A stretch of 64,000 bases of DNA from the human T2T-CHM13v2.0 reference genome, Homo sapiens. Below, piece after piece: positions 57,895 to 64,000 of this stretch. The notes under the pieces were generated by a model. The model had not been told where the DNA came from. It did no database searches and saw nothing but the letters and a program-made list of their open reading frames with translations. The stretch is taken from assembly GCF_009914755.1 (NCBI RefSeq), contig NC_060935.1; one strand, written 5' to 3'. Each line of letters begins with the position of its first letter. The stretch's first letter is position 1. The position numbers and the translations under genes were made by a program.

Positions 57895-59360
57895 GATGTG
57901 TACTTGTGAGTATGTGTTGTGTGTGTGTAGTGTGTGTAAGGTGTGTGTATGGTGGGTGGTCTATGTATAAGTGTGTATGTGTGTAGTGTGTGTGGTGTGT
58001 TGTGTTTGGTGTGTGGCATGTGTGTGGTGTGTGGTGTTTGTGGTATGTGTTGCGTATGATGTGCAGGAGTGTGGTGTGTGTGGTGTGGTGTGTGGTGTGT
58101 TTTTGGTGTGGGTGATGTGTGTGGTGTGGGTGGGTATGGTGTGTGCAGTGTGTGTGCTGTGTGTGGTGTGTATTTGTTGTGTTTGGTGTTTATGGTGTGG
58201 ATGTGTGGTTTGTGTGGTGTGTAGTGTTTGGTGCGAGAGTGGTGTGTGTGGGTTATGTTTGGTGTGTAGTGTGCATGTGGTGTGCGAGGTATGTGGTGCG
58301 TGTGGTGTGTAGTGTGTGTAGTTTGTGTGGTGTGTATTTGTTGTGTTTGATGTGTGTGGTGTGGATGTGTGGTTGTGTGGTGTGTGGTGTATTTGGTGTG
58401 TGTGTGGTGTCAATGGTGTTTATAGTATGTGTTTGGTGTGTGCGGTGTGTGTATGTGGTGTTTGTGGGTTGTGTGTGGTATGTAGTGTGTGTGGGTGTGG
58501 TGTGTGGTGTGTGGTATGTGTGATGCATGGTGCGTGTGGGTTGTGTGTGGTGTGTAGTGTGTAGCGTGTGTGATGTGGGGGGGTGTAGTGTGTGTGGTGT
58601 GTGGTATGTGTGATGCATGGTGTGTGTAGTGTGTATGGTGTATGTGGGGTGTAGTGTGTGTGGTATGTGTGACGCATGATGTGGGTGGGTTGTGTGTAGT
58701 GTGTGTGGTGTGTGTGGAGTGTAGTGTGTGTGGTGTGTGTGATGCATGGTGTGTGTGGGTTGTGTGTGGTGTGTAGTGTGTAGCGTGTGTGATGTGGGGG
58801 GTGTAGTGTGTGTGGTGTGTGTAGTGTGTGGTGTGTGTAGTGTGTAGTGTGTATGGTGTATGTGGGGTGTAGTGTGTGTGGTGTGTGTGATGCATGATGT
58901 GGGTGGGTTGTGTGTAGTGTGTAGTGTGTGTGGGTGTGGTGTGTGGTGTGTGGTATGTGTGATGCATGGTGCATGTGGGTTGTGTGTGGTGTGTGGTGTG
59001 TAGCGTGTATGATGTGGGGGGGTGTAGTGTGTGTGGTGTGTGGTATGTGTGATGCATGGTGTGTGTAGTGTGTAGTGTGTATGGTGTATGTGGGGTGTAG
59101 TGTGTGTGGTATGTGTGATGCATGATGTGGGTGGGTTGTGTGTAGTGTGTAGTGTGTGGTGTGTGTGTGGTGTGTGTGATGCATGGTGTGTGTGGGTTGT
59201 GTGTGGTGTGTAGTGTGTGTACAGTGTGTGGTATGGAGGTGCTGCCGTGTGGTGCATGTGGTGTGTCTGCTGCATGTGTGTCTGGTGTGTGTGTCTGTGT
59301 TGTGCTGTGTGTGGTGCATGTGTGGACGGCTTTTGAGCGTGGTTGTCTGTGTGAGCATGT
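57895..59360. repeat. TG/TGG-rich low-complexity array with ~220-bp higher-order repeat
   Basis: Marker tagcgtgt(g/a)tgatgtggggg recurs at 58562, 58781 and 59001. Confidence 0.92.
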
Positions 59361-59707
59361 TTGAAGACACGTATGAGGGTCATGGAAGGCACCTTTGCAC
59401 CGTGGCCTTGACAGGGACTAGGACGAGGAGGACTCAGAACAATGTCAGTGGTACCTTCAGAAAATCCTTTTACCACTGACTCTTTATGGCATCAATAAAA
59501 CGGTGATAAAAGTCACACGTGCCTCAAGGGTGGTGCTGGAGATTAAAGGATGTAGGATGCATAAACCCTGCCATCCTATGATGGGGAAATTGTCTTCTCT
59601 GTTGGGCCTTTTCTCCCCTGTGTTTGGAGCATTTTAGTTTCCCCCATAACTCCTTGCTTGCCTGCGGATCATCATGCTTCAGCTCCTTTCTAACATAAAT
59701 GCTCTTA

Positions 59708-60181
59708 TGAATTGTGCTGCTATAAACACGTGAGTGCAAGCGTCTTTTTTGAATATTGAGTTATTTTCCTCTGGGTAGGTACCCCGTAGTGGGATTGCTG
59801 GATCTAAGGGTAGTTCCACTTTCAATTCTTTAAGGAATCTCCACACTGTTTTCCATAGTGGCTGTTTTAGTTTACATTCCCACCAGCAGTGGAGAAGTGT
59901 TCCCTGTTCAATGCATCCACACCAGCATCTACCGTTTTTTAATGTTTTGATTATGGGCTTTCTTGCAGGAGCCGGGTGGCATCACGTTGTGGTTTTGATT
60001 TGCATTTCCCTGGGGGGAGGAGAGGAGGGGGCGAGGCATAAAAGACTACAAATATGGTGCGGCATATACTGCTTGGGTGATGAGTGCACGAAAATCTCAC
60101 AAATCACCAGTAAAGAACTTACTCATGTAACCAAATACCACCTGTGCCCCTAATAACTTATGGAAAAATAAAAAAATAAAT
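59708..60181 (+). mobile_element. 5'-inverted (twin-primed) truncated L1PB1
   Basis: Antisense L1 piece 59708-~60012 joined to a sense L1PB 3' end with poly(A). TSD aa(c/a)ata(a/g)atgctctta at 59692-59707 / 60182-60197. Confidence 0.85.
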
Positions 60182-60619
60182 AAAATAGATGCTCTTAGAA
60201 GCACCCAGAGGAATCCTTACCTCCTGTTTGACAACCCACCCTCTCTGGCCACAGAGGAGGGACAGGTCAGGCCGGAGTAGTGTGTGCTGTACTCAACGCT
60301 GCCTGCAACCCTGAGGACTGATGTAAGTCTTCCAAATTCAACACGCAAGCTCTGCCTCCAGTTCAGATCAGCTTTTAAAAGGGGCGGACAATGTCTTATC
60401 TAGAGGGAAATTCCACAGATGCTTGTTCTATTTCCAGGTCTTGCCATACCAGGGTGGGATGAGAATATTTGTTTATTTTACTTCTGAAGAGATCATTTTT
60501 ATTTAGGATATGTGATAAAAAGGCTGCTTGAAAATGCCACATCCCAGAGGCAAGAAATACCATGTGGGCCTTGGAATCAGAAAGTGCTGGATTTGACATT
60601 CCACCATCAACTAGTGGTT

Positions 60620-60730
60620 TGTTTGTTTTTAAAATTTGGTAAAATACACATAACAGAATATTTACCATCCTAGCCATTTTTAGGTACATAGTTCAGTAGC
60701 GTTAAGTACATTCACGTTGTTGTGTAGCCA
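60620..60730 (-). mobile_element. Short L1MB-type 3' end inside a MIR remnant
   Basis: ggtaaaatacacataacagaatatttaccatcctagccatttttaggtacatagttcagtagcgttaagtacattcac. Confidence 0.7.
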
Positions 60731-61074
60731 GCAGTGAGGTTTTTAACCTCTGAGATGTTAACTCTCTGAGCTCATCACCACCATCGTCATCCTCTCCGGC
60801 AATGCTAAATATGGAGGCTCCTAGTGCCAGGAGTGAAGCTTGCTGAGATCTGGTGTCAGAAAGAAACCACTAACATCCTTGAAGCTCTAAACGCGTGCCT
60901 CCTAGGCTCACAGCCTTACCACATGCCAGTCTCATCTCAGAGGCACTGGGGTCTGTGGCTTCCAAAGGTTTATTACATATGACTTTTTAAAAACACTCAA
61001 GCATCTGTGCACAAATATGTTAAATTATTTTCGCATGACAGGTGCTGGGGAAACAGATGTATATGATATTGTTC

Positions 61075-61655
61075 TGTTAACCTAAAATAATCAAAAATAC
61101 CAGAATCCAGTTTAAAGCTTTTATGCAAGTGAAAAGCTAGGAATGGGAGACAAAGACTCCAGAGAAATAGGGTCAGGGCTCTAAGTTAAAAGTTAAGTCC
61201 TTGCTTACATAGGCAGAGAACAGAGGTTTAGCAGGATTGTAACATTTTTTATACAAGGCTGGTTTATGAGTCACAGTAACTTAATTAGTTTGTTTTCTTT
61301 AGGTCTTTTTTTATTTCCTTTACAACTGGTTTTCATTTCCTTTCCAATTTAAAAGTGTGTATTTAATGTTTCATCTTCGACACTGTGATAATCATGAAGT
61401 TTTGTGTGAGAAAGATAAGGGAGAAGATAATCTATGATGAAGGTCAACAGTGAAGAGGGAGGGGGTTGCCCCTTGTGCTCTTTAGTTATCTGCAACATTT
61501 AACCAAACAGTGTATGTGAGGACTAAGGCTAATCTATAATCAGAGAAACAAAGGTTACAGCTGCCTGTCACGTGACTCAGGCCCCTTACATTCCTTTAAG
61601 TCTCAAAACAATTTAGAGTGCCAGCAGCTTAGATTTTGAATTACTTATTTTCACA
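61075..61655 (-). mobile_element. ERV1 MER4-group solo LTR
   Basis: TGTTAACC...TTTTCACA termini; shares blocks with 2804-3248. Confidence 0.75.
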
Positions 61656-63037
61656 ATTTAGTCGGTCATCAATAATATTTACTGGATGAGTGACTGCCAG
61701 GCCCTGTGTGATGGTGCTGGGTTATCACTGGGCACAAAGTAGACAAAGCTGCTGCCTGTGGATCCTGTGCTCTTGCTGGTGGCTGGTGGCTGCTGCACGT
61801 GTCTGAGAGGAAGATCAGTAGCTGCCCTTCCCCTCCTGACTGTGTTTCTCCTCCAGACCTCAAGGGTTCCACTGGTGAGAAGCTGTCCTCACGAGGTGCC
61901 CCCCACAGCCTCCCCTTTCTGCCTCCTCATTCTGCACCACTCTCCTTGTCCTGTGCGAATCATCCTCCCTTCTTATGTTCCGCGTTCTGACTTCTCACAT
62001 AAACAGGAATATGCTTGGCACAGCAAAATTAGAAATTCTGATGCCTTTTTTTCCTCCTGATTCCCTTGAGATCTGATTAAGATATTTTGGCTCAGAAGGC
62101 TGGAAGTCAGGCTCAGCTCTGTGGTGCGGCAGCAACTCCACTCCCCGGCAAGGTCCTCCAAGCAGCTGAGCCAAGTGTGTCCATAGCCCTGTCTTCTCCC
62201 CCTGTCTCCCACCATTTCCTCCCCATCCCAGGGAGAATAACACCCTTCCTCTCACCAGGGTTCTGGTCTTCTGCGGGCACAGCCTAGTGTAAGGGTATTA
62301 AATTGCTGTGAATTAAACAGTAAAGAGTAACGGATGCTGTGCCCACTGGACTCCACATGGCTTACAGAAAGCATTCAGCTTCACCCTGGATGTGATGCCA
62401 TACACCGCTTTTGCAGTCTAGATCTGGGTGGAGGCCACCATTTTGTAACATCTGGTGAGCATGCTCCTTGGTTCTGTGTTAAGAAAATGGAAATCCTGAG
62501 GTAATAAATGGTAAGGCTGATGCTAGAACCTAATGTGGGTGTTTACCTTTCCACAAGACACTATGAAGTATCTTTGAATGGGAAAAGTCCTTGCTCAGTG
62601 CTTGAGGAAGATTTAAGCTCCTTTCTGAATAAAAGTGGTTTCCCTCACTCCAAGGGTAGCTTTTGGTTGTACCTTTCATCAGGAAAGCAATTACAGTGGA
62701 ATTCGTGGACCTGAGGTCCTTCCTGTCATCCCTGGCCCTGGGGGCTATTTGCTGCCTCGAGCTGTTCCCAGCTAAGCACCTGCTCTCAGAGCTCACAGCT
62801 TCAGGCCTCTAGGGTGGCTTGTGCCACCCCTGTCTCCTCTCCACAGGAGCAAGGAGAGTCCACTAGGACATGTGGTGCCATTGGGACAGGTCAGCAAAGT
62901 GGTGATAGACAGTATAGGTGGGAGACAAAGGTCAGCCACGAGAAGTGAGAGCAAAGGAGAGAAGGAACAAGCTGGAGAAGTGGATGGACAGAGTGAAGAT
63001 GCTTTGGAAGGAAGCAGGGAGGGCATCGGGAACTGCT

Positions 63038-63273
63038 GAGAGAGAGAGAGGGAGAGGGAGATAGAGGGGGTAGAGAAGAGGCAAGGGGGAAGAGAGGGAG
63101 GGAGTGAGAGAGAGAAAGAGGGAGAGGGAGATTGAGGGGGTAGAGAGAGGAGGGAAGCGGGAGGAGAAGGAGGGAATGGGAGAGAGAGACAGGGACAGGG
63201 AGAAATGTAGGATAGCCACACAAAAGAAGGATTAAGAAAAATAGCAAGAAGGGTAGCCAGAACCTCCCCCCCA

Positions 63274-63320
<47 letters not shown>
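63038..63320. repeat. GA-rich polypurine tract followed by a (CA)n microsatellite of ~22 units
   Basis: Direct inspection: GA-rich 63038-63205, (CA)n 63275-63319. Confidence 0.92.
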
Positions 63321-63323
<3 letters not shown>

Positions 63324-64000
63324 GTAGGGACAAGAAATAACCATGGCATGGAATGTGACAGTTCTTATCAAATTACCATGGTTTTCAATATGCATGGTGT
63401 GCTGTTATCACTGGCAAGAAAATCTGAGCATTATTTATTCTCTTCTCATGACTAGATAATTTCACACATAGTATGACATCGAAAATCAACTCAACAGGCC
63501 CAAATAGTCACTTTTCCCTCAGAATTATTCAAAAATACATAAATCAATAATGAAATTTATTTGCTATGGCCATCCTACTCCTCACGCATCACCTGCCCTC
63601 ACTTTTCTGGTGAAATTCCCCATGCAGTTTGATTTTAAAACTTGTTTTCTTCTTGTTCTTTTCTTTTCATTTGTTTGTTTTTGGTGGGGGGAAGGCTGTT
63701 TCCTTTCTGCTTCCTCGGTTCTGCCAGGCACATCTCGGGATAAAGTGCCTGAAGAGGGCTGAGTGGAGGCTCTGGCACAGAAGATTTTGGGTAAGACAGG
63801 TCACCTCTCATCACATGCTACGTGACAGTTACCTGTAGTGTGCAGGGGGGGGAAGCAGGTCATGGGGTGTCACTGCTGATTGATTAGGACATGGACAAAG
63901 GCACCAAGAGCTCCGCAACATCCACTGGGAACAGGCTTGGCTGGGGAGCTCTTCCCTGCCTCGGCATATGGAGAGCACCATTTGCTGGCCAAGAACCCTG

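Noticed and set aside
57018-59479. His/Thr-rich and Cys/Val-rich ORFs up to 407 aa
   Set aside because: Low-complexity (CA)/(TG) translation artefacts.

Overview
Human/great-ape-type genomic DNA (AluS, L1PA and L1PB, MER and MLT elements). I could not recognise any protein-coding exon, tRNA, rRNA or CRISPR array. Every long ORF in the track comes from L1 ORF1/ORF2 remnants, an ERVL pol fossil, or tandem repeats whose unit is a multiple of 3. The window is a mosaic of transposable elements (3 Alus, several L1s, many solo LTRs, MIR, L2, Tigger3, MER53, MER20). It also has one small CpG-island-like element at about 30.4-31.0 kb and a cluster of GC-rich minisatellites and TG-rich arrays at 53-59 kb, which suggests a distal or subtelomeric location. 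The main unexplained structures are: (1) a ~340-bp inverted duplication (79-417 / 2298-2636) with a perfectly identical 101-bp core inside otherwise diverged arms, a candidate for gene conversion or a recurrent ~2-kb inversion; (2) an internal L1PA 5'UTR-ORF1 fragment with no poly(A) or TSD, sitting between two old L1s, a candidate non-classical insertion from DNA-break repair; (3) a (CACG)11 Z-DNA/XRE-core array heading a CpG-rich promoter-like element; (4) two highly homogeneous VNTRs with 36-bp and 45-bp units. I found no convincing new gene system. Repeat subfamily names are from recall of consensus sequences and need RepeatMasker/Dfam confirmation.
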